DNA of 64,000 bases, from contig NC_043002.1 of the NCBI RefSeq assembly GCF_006345805.1, positions 32,364,001 to 32,428,000 on the forward strand. The letters run 5' to 3'. Below the pieces are notes generated by a model. The model did not search any database. It saw only the letters and a list, made by a program, of their open reading frames with translations, and was not told the DNA's origin. Both the position numbers and the translations under genes were made by a program. The stretch comes from Octopus sinensis. Taxonomy: Eukaryota. Shown here piece by piece: positions 13,791 through 24,624 of this stretch. How positions within the stretch are numbered: the stretch's first letter is position 1; the number at the start of each line of letters is the position of its first letter.

Positions 13791-14345
13791 TATCAAATAT
13801 TACATATTTATGATATAGAAATCATTCATTCTTTATCTGTAGTTTTGCCTATATAATGTATGACAGGCGGGTGTCGTATTTGAATACCAACGCATAGGCT
13901 ATCGGCTTCAATCTGTATATTTTGGTAGCATCAACATCTTAAACTCCAGAGAAGTTATCATTTCGCTATTGGAAATAGATACAAGATAGCATCGCCGATA
14001 CACTTTATAACATTATGGTTGTTACTGTTGCTATTGTTGTGGTTGTTGTTTTCGTTGCTGGTGTTGTTGTTGTTCCTTAGTCTACATTAATGCCAGATTT
14101 AACAGATATGTGACAAAATATATTTCAAATGTGACCCTCCCGTGTTTTTAGAAATATCTGTAAGTGTTCTTTTAATACATGTATTCTCTATCTAAAACGA
14201 TGGGGTGTGGTCAAATGAAAATAGTATGGAATCTTCATGTTGGACCAGTGATCATCAATTCTGTACATATGTATCAAGCTAAATGCGTTGTATATATTAC
14301 ACATATTCACGTACGTACACACACATGCATGTGTGTGTGTGTATG

Positions 14346-14392
<47 letters not shown>

Positions 14393-14617
14393 TATATTAG
14401 AAATATTAAATTTCTAAATGTCTCAAAGAGACATGAGCGGTGGTGGAGCGATAGAGTGGTTGTATACTGTCAACATAACGTGACAGTCCCGTAAGGGATT
14501 TACACCACCGCTGTTTAGCCCTAGTATGCATCGACGCTTCCTGTCGGCTTTGACACATTTACTGTGTCCTTATATTTGCGAAGGGGAGGCAAGCACTCCC
14601 ACCAGCTAGGATTCACA

Positions 14618-14664
14618 CCTGAGGACATGCATGTTTCTGGGTCTTAACTCGTCATCAGCCCAGG
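14618..14664 (-). ncRNA. Degenerate minimal type I hammerhead ribozyme
   Basis: CCUGGG-CUGAUGA-stem II (2 mismatches)-GAAAC-AUGCAU-GUC-CUCAGG; stem I pairs 6/6 and stem III is palindromic. Confidence 0.6.
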
Positions 14665-15045
14665 AAAGTGAGACCTGCTGGTTGAGATGCCTGTCTAACC
14701 TTCGCAAATATATATATTTACCGTGAAATCTATTCACTGGTCACCGTAATTAGAAATATTAAATTTCTAAATGTCTCAAAGAGACATGAGCGGTGGTGGC
14801 GCAATACACCGTTAGTCACAGTGTGCTGCCACTCATTGTTGTAAGTTTTGAATACCCCACTGGCTTTGTGGGTTGACCAGCATTCCAACATACACACACA
14901 TACATACACGCATATATGCATATACATACAAACATACAAACACACGTGCACGCTCGCACACACATACATACACACACATAACCACGTTCTGTCGTTAATA
15001 TTTAATACATTTTGAATAATTCTAATACTATTTTGATATTTTAAG

Positions 15046-15190
15046 AAAGAAATATCAACCTATTAATGCGTGAGGCTCTGGACAAAATTCCTACAATGAT
15101 ATTTGCTTATCTTCTTGAGAAATGGAGATGGCGCGTATATCAAGGAGATATCAGTTCTGCTAATTATACTCAAGCATGGTGGAAAATGAG
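15046..15190 (+). CDS. ACE: ACE-like exon (ERNINLLMREALDKIPTMIFAYLLEKWRWRVYQGDISSANYTQAWWKMR), absent from the ORF track
   Basis: ttttaag acceptor 15044-45, AG|gtaaga donor 15191; matches ACE '[29 protein letters not shown]...WW.LR'; phase 1-2, 145 bp. Confidence 0.94.
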
Positions 15191-15329
15191 GTAAGAACAT
15201 ATTGTGTATTATGTGTGTAAATTCATATATTTTATATAGCTTACGTAGATAGAGAATCCAGCTGGTAACTTATTTTTGAGTCTGCTATGTTTGCTACATT
15301 TTAAAACTGCAGAACACATAATAATGGTG

Positions 15330-15620
15330 CGATTATTGTGGAGGAAATTTGAAGTCTTCAGAAATTGATTTTTGGTTTACACGTTTACAAGAAGACGGGA
15401 AATACTTAGTCGCGTGATATGCATTACCACAAAGAGACCTGTACGAGCCTAAGCCATGTGCACACTATGCAAACAATCGACTGGAAATTGACGCAAGGGA
15501 TACCATGTACCTGTCAACATCTGGCTGAAAATGGTGGAGGATGACCTAGCCGATATGGACCTTGACTATGAGTACGTTCATATGAGGGTTTCTGCCTATG
15601 TTGGATGGAGATTTCTCGTT
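15330..15620 (+). mobile_element. Decayed RTE-like LINE 3' fragment
   Basis: ...WLKMVEDDL.. type C-terminal motif with frameshifts. Confidence 0.45.
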
Positions 15621-16227
15621 ATCTGATACTCCAATGTAAGCTGCAAGAGCTATGCTAAGCTAAACTTTGTTCTGTATATTAATCAATGAAATCTGCCTTC
15701 TTCATTCAATGCATTTTTTAAATATTTAATTTTGGTGTAATATTTATATATATATATATGAACTTAGCTATTGATCTCAATAAATAATTGTAACGTAGTT
15801 TTATACATTCTTCTTGATACCCTTATTTCTCTTCTCATTAATATTTGTTGCTATATCATTGCGCTTGTATGTATTTCTGAAAGACTGCATGTGGCTTTAT
15901 GCACTAAATGTAATGGGATTTTACTTAAGGTTTATTAGTGTATGTGAGGACTACATCCATTGTAATTGACTATCATGATATTTGCAAGTGGTCATATTTC
16001 TGTCTATCAATACTTAAATGTGCATGTCCAAGTTTTCTTACGTATTAGTGTTTGTCTATCTATGTTATTAATAAAACTAAGAGCACTCCTGAGGGACGTG
16101 TTGTTCATTTATATTTGATGTATATTGTCCTGTATACTGTCCTGAATATGTTTGTTTCAAAGGACTTACTCCATACTGTTGTGACTATCATATATATTTC
16201 AGACATATATTTGTAATTGTGTTTCAG

Positions 16228-16326
16228 ATACGACTACCAAGGCATCCATCCCCCATTGCAACGTACAGAATCAGACTTTGATCCCGGATCAAAATATCAT
16301 GTTTTAGCTGATATACCATACATCAG
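16228..16326 (+). CDS. ACE: ACE-like exon ([33 protein letters not shown]), absent from the ORF track
   Basis: gtttcag acceptor, AG|gtaaca donor; YQG.PP.R...DFDPG.K.H....PYIR motif; phase 2-2, 99 bp. Confidence 0.96.
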
Positions 16327-16384
16327 GTAACAATAAGAAAAATAGGGAGATGTTGTCGTCGTCGTTGGTGTTATTAATATAAAA

Positions 16385-16700
16385 GGGGTAACCATCAGGG
16401 CATTTAAAGCAGTAGATGAAATTTCTGCTTCTGCAGTTCATATCTACGTTTGTGAAAATGAGTCCATTTCTTGTTCTAATGGATCTATCAGTTTGCATGC
16501 ATTGACACGTTCCACATCTATTATCATTACACTTGGATACTGTGAATGTTTTATGGTGCATTTTGCTTCTGGTAATAGTTTCTTTAGGTTGTGTGGTTGC
16601 CTTTTGCTTGCGGTCTTTGTTTAGTTATTCTGTTTATTGACTTTTCACTTTGTTTCATGATTGGCAAATTTTGTTTTGATATTGTTATACAAGTTTGGTG
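16385..16700 (-). mobile_element. Penelope-like element fragment (start of GIY-YIG domain)
   Basis: CNDNRCGTCQCM...MNCRSRNFIYCFKCP. Confidence 0.75.
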
Positions 16701-17049
16701 ATGCAGATATATATATATAATTCAGATTTACAGAACGCAAAATTCAAAGACAGGTGTAGGAACAACAAGCAGTTGTGATAGTCTTCTTTACTTTTCGAGC
16801 CAACGCTCTTCGACAAAAAAAAATTGAGGTGAAAAAAAGAGAGAGATTGAAAAAAAGAAAATAAAACGGAGAGAGAAAAAATATGTGTAGGGGTTAACGG
16901 TTCACACGACGAAATAGCCAGAAGAAAGAGACTGAATGAAAGGGAGATAATAGCAGTGACCCGGTTGAACAAATTCGCTCTCGTGCGCGCTTGCTTATGT
17001 GAAAATAGTGAATGTATGTCTGTGGATTGTATCTATAAATGAAGATGAG

Positions 17050-18172
17050 TCTGTGACTATGTATGTGTGAACGAGCTGAAAAATAAGTGGACCTCAGTGT
17101 GTGTGAGTATGTGTGTAAGTGACCCAGTGAGTACATCATGTGGAGGGATATGCGTTACATGTACTGGTATGTATGCATGTGAGCATTTGAAACTGTATGT
17201 ATGTGTGCGGTCATCATGTGTATGTACAAACGCATTGGCCTGGGGGGGGTGTATGTGTACAAGTAACCTATTGTACGTGTTGTGTGGAGTGATGTTCGTC
17301 TTGCGTATTTGTGAGTGTGTGCGCGCTTATGGTCATGTGTATATGTGTAAGTATGAGGGTGGAAGTGTGTTAATGTGCTAACAAGTGTGTGTGCGTATGC
17401 GCGCGCGTTGCGTGAGCGCGTGCGTATGCAAACGCTTGTTTTTAGCAGTTGACGTGTGTATGTTGAGGTGGTGTGTGCACGTGTGTATGTGAGTGTGATT
17501 CTGTGAACATATAGTGTGTGTGTGTATAGTGTATGCTTGTGGGCGAAAGTTATATGTATCTATGCGTGTTGCCTGTGTCTGTGCGTGTTGCGTGTGTGTG
17601 TGTGTATTGTCTGTGTTTAAGCATTGTGTGCTTGTGTGGGTGTGGGAATGTGCATGATAGTGTGTGGTATGTGACTGAGTTGAACAGGGTGTAGGGCTGC
17701 TCGTACAATGGCATGTGTGTCGACGCTTTTGAATAGTGTGTGTGCGTGTGTGGATAAGGGTTTGTGGATGTTTCGATAATGATGTGTGATGTGGGCGATG
17801 AGAAGTGTTGGGTGCTAGTGTGTGTGGAGGGGAAAGTGTTTGTGTGTGTGTGTGTGTGTGTAATGGTGTGCGAAGTGAGTAATGACTTGAACAGAGTGTA
17901 TGGGTGTTTGTATAGTGGTGTGTATGTGATGATAGTCTGAGGTAGACGGTATGCAGGTCTGTAGATGGAGGGGAGAGGCAGGGGAATGTGGAAGGTGTGT
18001 GAGAATCTGTGTGGAGTGGTGTCAGATGAAGAGAAGTAGCAAGTTGGGCCGAAAAAGCGCAAAGGAACGAAGGGAGAAGATAATTTGTTGTTCACGGTTG
18101 AGACGAGAGTTCGAATACGTATATACATACATGTGTGTGCGTGTGTATGTGTGTGTGTGTGTGCGCGCGCGC
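17050..18172. repeat. Long degenerate GT-rich low-complexity tract in an ACE intron
   Basis: Decayed (GT)n with strong strand asymmetry; source of the 232-aa H/T-rich ORF. Confidence 0.85.
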
Positions 18173-18233
18173 GTAAAAATAGCATAGATAAATAAGGCAA
18201 CCAACATTCAATAGCTATATGTTTTCTTTCTAG

Positions 18234-18356
18234 ATATTTCTTCAGCACTGTGTTGCAGTATCAGATACACGAGAAACTCTGTCAAGTTACAGGAAGAAAT
18301 ATTCCTATCCAACATTGCGACATCGCTGGGACAAAAGAAGTTGGAGCTAAGCTTTT
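18234..18356 (+). CDS. ACE: ACE-like exon (YFFSTVLQYQIHEKLCQVTGRNIPIQHCDIAGTKEVGAKL), absent from the ORF track
   Basis: ttttctttctag acceptor, TT|gtaagt donor; matches ACE '[20 protein letters not shown]...LHKCDI..SKEAG'; phase 2-2, 123 bp. Confidence 0.95.
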
Positions 18357-18434
18357 GTAAGTAAAATATATTCGGTAATACATACATTCATACATAGAAA
18401 CAAGCAATTACACATACGTATGATACAAGCATGC

Positions 18435-18488
<54 letters not shown>

Positions 18489-18904
18489 AATTATATAGTC
18501 ATGCATTTATATACATGCACATATATATGCATGTATATATACACAGTCTCTCTTTCTTGCCTTCTCTCACTCTGTATATTTCTCTCTCTCCCCACTCCCC
18601 ACCTCTCTCTCCACTCCCACTCTCTCCCCCACTCCCCCTCTCTCTCTGAGTTTCAGTTTGACCATGCAGAAGAGACTCAATCAATTTGTGCCAAAATATT
18701 TCTCTGCATTTCGCGTAGTTATATAGAGTGAGCTGTATGCAGCTGATTACGATTTATGATTGATTGCCTAAGCTTAAAGTCAATACGATGTTAATTACTG
18801 AGCAAATTAATGTACATGTCCGAAAATTAATGGATATTTTTACCAAGACCAACACATTTCAGACCTAAGCTGCTAATTAGCACAAATATATTATTTTGTT
18901 TTGG

Positions 18905-19372
18905 TAAACATTCGTTTCAAATTTTAGCACAAGGGCAGCTATTTCGGGGCGTGAGGTACCTCAATTACACCGACCAGCACTCAACTAGCCGATCTCAAAC
19001 TGATGAAAGCAAAGTCGACCTCAAACTAATAAAAGCAAAGTCAACCTCGGCGAAATTTGCACTCAGAACATCGACACAGAAAATAACGCTATGCATTTTG
19101 CCTGGCCTCCTGAGGATACTTATTTATTTCTTTACTACCCACAAGGGGCCAAACACAGAGAGGACAAACAAGGACAGACAAACGGATTAAGTCGATTACA
19201 TCGACCCCAGTGCGTAACTGGTACTTAATTTATCGACCCCGAAAGGATGAAAGGCAAAGTCGACCTCGGCGGAATTTGAACTCAGAACGTAACGGCAGAC
19301 GAAATACCACAAAGCATTTCGCCCGGCGTGCTAACGTTTCTGCCAGCTCGCCTCCTGAGGATACTGTCAGCT
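18905..19372 (-). mobile_element. SINE group A copies (one decayed, one young)
   Basis: Same core and head motifs. Confidence 0.85.
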
Positions 19373-19396
19373 CACTGCCTCTGTTTTGGTAAAATA

Positions 19397-19960
19397 TTGG
19401 GTTGTCCGGAAAGTTCGTGCTGATTTTTAAAGGAAAGAGAAAGGTCAATGAATACTTGGCATTATATTTTTAATCATATCTTAAATATGCACAATGCGTC
19501 TCCCTCTTTCCGTCTTTCCTTTAACTTGAAAATACCCTCTTCCCAGAATTGAGGTGGTTTCATGACAAAGAATTCATCAAGGTATCTTTTTACGTCATCC
19601 AAGGAATTGAAATTTTTGCCATTAAGACTATTCTGCAGAGACCTGAATAAGTGGAAATCCGAAGGAGAAATATCTGGTGAATATGGAGGGTGGGGTAACA
19701 CATCCTAGCCGAGCTGCAGCAATTTTTGTCTGGTTCCCAAAGCATCAAGTACCAAAAATGAACTTTCTTATCTTCCATTTTAAAGGATTACAGAATTAAC
19801 ACAGCTTATAGGAACATAAATCTTCTTCCACGAAAAGATAGCTTAAACTGTGCTCTAAATGGAGGTGTAGTCAAATCCTATTTTATGGACTCAACCATGT
19901 TCTAAAATAAGTCGAAAGTTAAGCTACTATAAATCGGCACGTACTTTCCGGACAACCCAA
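19397..19960 (-). mobile_element. Internally deleted mariner (564 bp)
   Basis: 30-bp TIRs ttgggttgtccggaaagt.cgtgc.gattt (28/30), TA on both sides, MEDKKVHF N-terminus fused to HPPYSPDISPSDFHLF. Confidence 0.95.
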
Positions 19961-20182
19961 TATTATATACAAACTTTACTTAGGAGTTGGCCCTAGCTCT
20001 CATTGTCACCTACCACCCTCTTCCTACATCACTCTGTTTTCAAAGAACGAATGAATATCACATAATCTTATTCTTTCTATCTAAAAATTATGATCTTTTG
20101 CCTAAGTAAGACATTATTATTACCACTATCATTAATAATATTTTAAATCACTGAATATATTTTATTTTGCTGTATTTTACAG

Positions 20183-20360
20183 AGATTTTATGGAACTCGG
20201 TTCCAGTTTTTCATGGCCTCAATCTCTGAAGAGGTTGACTGGAACGGCAACAATTTCATCTCGACCAATCTTGAATTATTTTAACCCTTTATATACTTGG
20301 CTGAAAAACGTCAACGACAAACAGTCAAACGATTTGAAGCAAGAAAAGAAATCTGTTTGA
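20183..20360 (+). CDS. ACE: ACE-like terminal coding exon (DFMELGSSFSWPQSLKRLTG...NYFNPLYTWLKNVNDKQSNDLKQEKKSV*)
   Basis: gtattttacag acceptor; matches ACE 'MKLGFSRPWPEAMQLITG...YFKPLLDWL'; TGA at 20358-60; phase consistent with the previous exon. Confidence 0.93.
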
Positions 20361-20752
20361 TACACTACTGAACTATAGAGTTCAACCTTACTGGAACTGA
20401 GGATTTTCTTTGAAATCGTGTATTTTTTAAACATTTACTCATAAATAACGACAGAACTGTCAATACCCACTTTTAACTGTACAATTCGAATGAAATATTT
20501 ATATGACCTATACATACTGAACAACAGACACACATGCATACACTATCTCTACGGAAGAACAAATTTGTAACATGAAGACAAAGAATATTTATATAATTGA
20601 GAAAATGAAACTAACTTCAATTTTGTGTATTGTTTTCGTTAATTGTTTTACAGTTTTTGTTTCTGAAAATGCATTGCAGATAACAGCAAAAATAATATCA
20701 ACTGCTGCTGTAATAATAGCAGTCTAACTTCCTAATTACGCTATGTACTCTC

Positions 20753-20758
20753 AATAAA
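20753..20758 (+). promoter_or_regulatory. Candidate polyadenylation signal of the ACE-like gene
   Basis: AATAAA ~390 nt after the stop, followed by T-rich sequence; not verified by transcript data. Confidence 0.4.
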
Positions 20759-21289
20759 ATCTCCTGTTACGCAACAAAAATGTTAAAATGCTTATATCTC
20801 CTTATTTGAATCGTAATTTGCAAATATATATTCTCAGTATGTATTTTTAGCTGCTTTCTTGTCGTTCCTGGTAAATATACTCGTGTCATGAAATAGATAT
20901 AGTTCTTTGAGTGAAATTTTCACATTACTGGTATGACTATATAAAATATTGCACTCAAATGTTGGCACAAAACCAGAATTACCCATAAACCTATGTTACT
21001 CTGAAATATATTCAGCGTATAGTCGCAGCCATATTAGAAACAAACTACATGTAGAGTACAACAGTGGGAATATAGTTGCTTTCTAAAGGATGGCCTCGCT
21101 GAAATATAGTAAGAACTAGCATAAGTACCCGGCGTTGCTCAGGTATTAAATACTCGTCAATGGTCTTAATAGGTTCTACCATATTTTTTTTCTTCTTGTT
21201 GACCATCTCTGCATATTTTTGCGTTAAGTTGGAAATATTGACATTAAGGAAGAAGTGATTTTCCCCATATACCATAAATACAGTAGTAA

Positions 21290-21540
21290 CAACAGGTTGA
21301 AAAGCCCTGGAGCATCACAGGAGGTACAACAATTAAATGGACTTACAAATATATACAACATACAGAAAATTGCACTATTGTGCACTGCACACATCCTACG
21401 CAAAACACTTTCAATACAGTAACCATCAGAGCATCACAGCACATACCCAAGGCACACAGAGCTACGCTCGGTAGTGAAGTGAAAGCACGCTATAAACATA
21501 AAACTACTGAATAATAAAATAATAATAATAATAATAATAT
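21290..21540 (+). mobile_element. R4/Dong-like LINE 3' end
   Basis: IQKIALLCTAHILRKTLSIQ* followed by UTR and (TAA)n tail. Confidence 0.75.
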
Positions 21541-21588
21541 ATATATTTATATATATGTGTGTGTGTATATACAACAGTACTATATGAT

Positions 21589-22232
21589 CACCTGCATCGC
21601 TAAAAATAGAAGTGAAAACACTTTTAAGTCACAAAAGAATCACTAAATTATATAGGCCTGATAGGAAGAAATTTTAGTGAATAGGTTCTTAACTCCGGCA
21701 AATCTGCAAGAGTAATGCTGGTTAAATTGATATTATTATTTCGAATTAACCGCCAAACGGTGCCTGATCCTCCTCAGCCAAATCTTCCAGAGACGGCTAC
21801 TAGAATTTGCCCACACTATGCCTCTAAATTCATTTGAAGTGGTTAAACACCATTTAAACAAACTATATATTTATAAATGAATATAAGAACCATAGTACTT
21901 CTAAACATGCCATCGCTGGCGGCTGCGAACACAAGTCGTACAGGTAAACTAATAAAATATACATAATATGAATACATGAGCACCTGCGTCGCTAAAAATA
22001 GAAATCACAACACTTCTAAGTCACTAAATTTTTTTCCTATCACGCATGTATTAATTTTGTGGTTCTTCCGTGTCTTAGAAGTGTTTTGACTTCTATTTCA
22101 GCGATATGCAGGTGCGCACTTGTGTGTGTGTTTATACGTGTATATTTATATATACTAATATAAATAATATATATATATGCATATATATGTACACACACAC
22201 ACACATAATATATATGTATATATATATATATG

Positions 22233-22269
<37 letters not shown>

Positions 22270-22294
22270 GTACATATATATATATATATACATA

Positions 22295-22331
<37 letters not shown>

Positions 22332-22340
22332 GTACATATA

Positions 22341-22382
<42 letters not shown>

Positions 22383-22408
22383 CATATGTACATATATATA
22401 TATATATA

Positions 22409-22448
<40 letters not shown>

Positions 22449-22883
22449 TATATGGATACAGGAACAAACGGTAAGCAACATGAAAAACAGGACAAATAAC
22501 GTAAACAAGATCCCTTCATCGGTTGTCGGCTGACAATCTACTCCTCATTTCGAGCATTGAATGACAACATGAGTCTTCGAAGGAAATTTGGGATGTGCGG
22601 AGGGTCAAAGCTGGTAACAAAAACAAAGATAGAAGAGAGAGACAGATAGGATACTTATAGTCTCTACGACAGCGTTGAAGGCAAAGAAAGATGATCACGA
22701 GAGGAAAAGAAAGATAGACGATGGTCACGTGTGGTCAACGAGAGAGAGAGAGAGAGTAAAGGAGAAAGAGAGTGAGTGAGATAGAGAGAGAAAACGGATC
22801 AACACATTTATTTTCATATTTCATTTTGTTTACGGTTTGTGACGACCTGTACCCATATATATATATATATACATATATGTTAT

Positions 22884-22916
<33 letters not shown>

Positions 22917-23310
22917 CATGTATATTGTATATATTTTATTAGTTTGCCTGTATGGCTTGGGTTCGCAGCCACCAGCGATGGGACTTTTAGAAGTACTATC
23001 CTTGTCATATCTATTTATAAATAATTTCACGTATTTCCTTTGTTTAAATGGTGATTGACCATTTCAAATGATTTTACAGGCATAGAGGGAGCACATTCTA
23101 GTAGCCGTCCCTGACATATTATCCTGGGAAGAATCATGCACCGCTTGGCCCAAAATTCGAAATCACGATATCAGATTAACCAAGATTTCTCTTGCAGACT
23201 TGGCAGAAGCAAAACGCTAATCTTGTTCGCTAAAATCTTTTCCTATCATGCTTGTATTAATTTTGTGATACTCCCGTGACGTAGAAGTGTTTTGACTTCT
23301 GTTTTATATA
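21589..23310. repeat. Old inverted repeat (~380-bp arms, 21589-21970 and 22915-23310) with internal hairpin element 21981-22114
   Basis: Arms align at roughly 70-80% by eye; the terminal motif cacctgc.tcgctaaaaatagaa recurs at 21589 and 21981 and inverted at 22114. Confidence 0.8.
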
Positions 23311-23405
23311 TATAATTTCTATTTTATATATACAAATAATAATTTTTTGCGTAATGAGATAAAAAAACAAAGATGTGTAGATATTATAACATTTATAGAT
23401 AGAAG

Positions 23406-23457
23406 GTCTTACAGCTGTTTCCAGGATATTTATTAATTATATTCCTTCATCGGAGAC
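23406..23457 (-). ncRNA. Minimal HHR-like motif (CCGAUGA core) in the left arm of a palindrome
   Basis: GUCU-CCGAUGA-AGG...CCU-G-GAAAC-AGCU-GUA-AGAC; U4C core variant. Confidence 0.5.
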
Positions 23458-23662
23458 GTTGTTAGAGGATGGTTAAGTAATAATTAATTTTGATGGGATA
23501 CAAAATAGAGAGTGAGGTGGAGGAAAGTAACTAGATGTGAGATATGTAGGGATCTACAAATTCAATATCACTACATATCTCACATCTATTTTGTTTTCTC
23601 CAACTCACTCTCTATTTTGTATACCATCTAAATTAATTATTACTTAATCATCCTCTCACACC

Positions 23663-23714
23663 GTCTCCGATGAAGGAATATAATTAATAAATATCCAGGA
23701 AACATCTGTAAGAC
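23663..23714 (+). ncRNA. Mirror-image HHR-like motif in the right arm of the palindrome, more decayed
   Basis: GUCU-CCGAUGA-AGG...CCAG-GAAAC-AUCU-GUA-AGAC. Confidence 0.4.
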
Positions 23715-23844
23715 CTTCTATCTATAACTGTTCTAATATCTACATAGCCTTGGTTTTTTTATCTCATTGGGCCAAAAATTCTTATATACACACACTGACA
23801 TATGATCGACGTTGAGCCCCTTATTCGCAAAATCATCGAACCTG

Positions 23845-23849
23845 GAACT

Positions 23850-23884
<35 letters not shown>

Positions 23885-23967
23885 CTATATATATATATAT
23901 ATATAATATATATTATATATATATATATAACTGTATATGTATATATATATATATATAACTGTATATG

Positions 23968-24006
<39 letters not shown>

Positions 24007-24446
24007 ACTGTATATGTATATATATAATATATATATATATAATATATATATATAACTGTATATGTATATATATATATATATAACTGTATATGTATATATA
24101 TATATATATATAACTATATATGTATATATATATATGTATATACTATATATGTATATAACTATATATGTATATATATATATATAACTATATATGTATATAT
24201 ATATATATATATATACTATATATGGTATATATATATATATATAACTATATATGTATATATATATATATAACTATATATGTAATATATATATATAACTATA
24301 TGTATATAATATAACTATATATGTATATATATATATAACTATATTGTATAATATATATATAACTATATATGTATATATATATATAACTATATATGTATAC
24401 ATATATAACTATATTGTATATATATATATAACTATATATGTATTAT

Positions 24447-24477
<31 letters not shown>

Positions 24478-24486
24478 GTATATATA

Positions 24487-24519
<33 letters not shown>

Positions 24520-24535
24520 CATACATACATATAAT
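23845..24535. repeat. (TA)n-derived minisatellite with recurring aactatatatg/aactgtatatg units
   Basis: More than 20 variable ~20-30-bp units seen directly. Confidence 0.9.
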
Positions 24536-24624
24536 TACAAAATATAAAGTCATATCTTGAGTGACAACAACACTCAAGATATAAAACGGACTGGAAATAG
24601 AAGTGCTCCAATGAGCTGTATACA

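Larger units (their letters stand above)
23341..23780. repeat. Fold-back with ~210-bp arms (~90% identical) and a 21-nt spacer
   Basis: Reverse complement of 23341-23549 aligns to 23571-23780. Confidence 0.93.

Noticed and set aside
13127-13856. Long Y/I/C/V/H/T-rich ORFs (also 22040-22533, 36524-36853, 37306-37609, 51463-52113 and others)
   Set aside because: Translations of (TA)n/(CA)n/(TACA)n microsatellites, open on both strands for lack of stops
17550-18248. 232-aa His/Thr-rich ORF
   Set aside because: Antisense reading of a degenerate (GT)n tract that overlaps a real ACE exon on the other strand
20346-20360. PDZ-binding motif at the ACE C-terminus (KKSV)
   Set aside because: Position -2 is Lys rather than Ser/Thr, and the protein appears to be extracellular
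22505-22560. HHR-like ccgatgaaggg on the minus strand
   Set aside because: No correctly placed stem II closure, GAAA or NUH triplet
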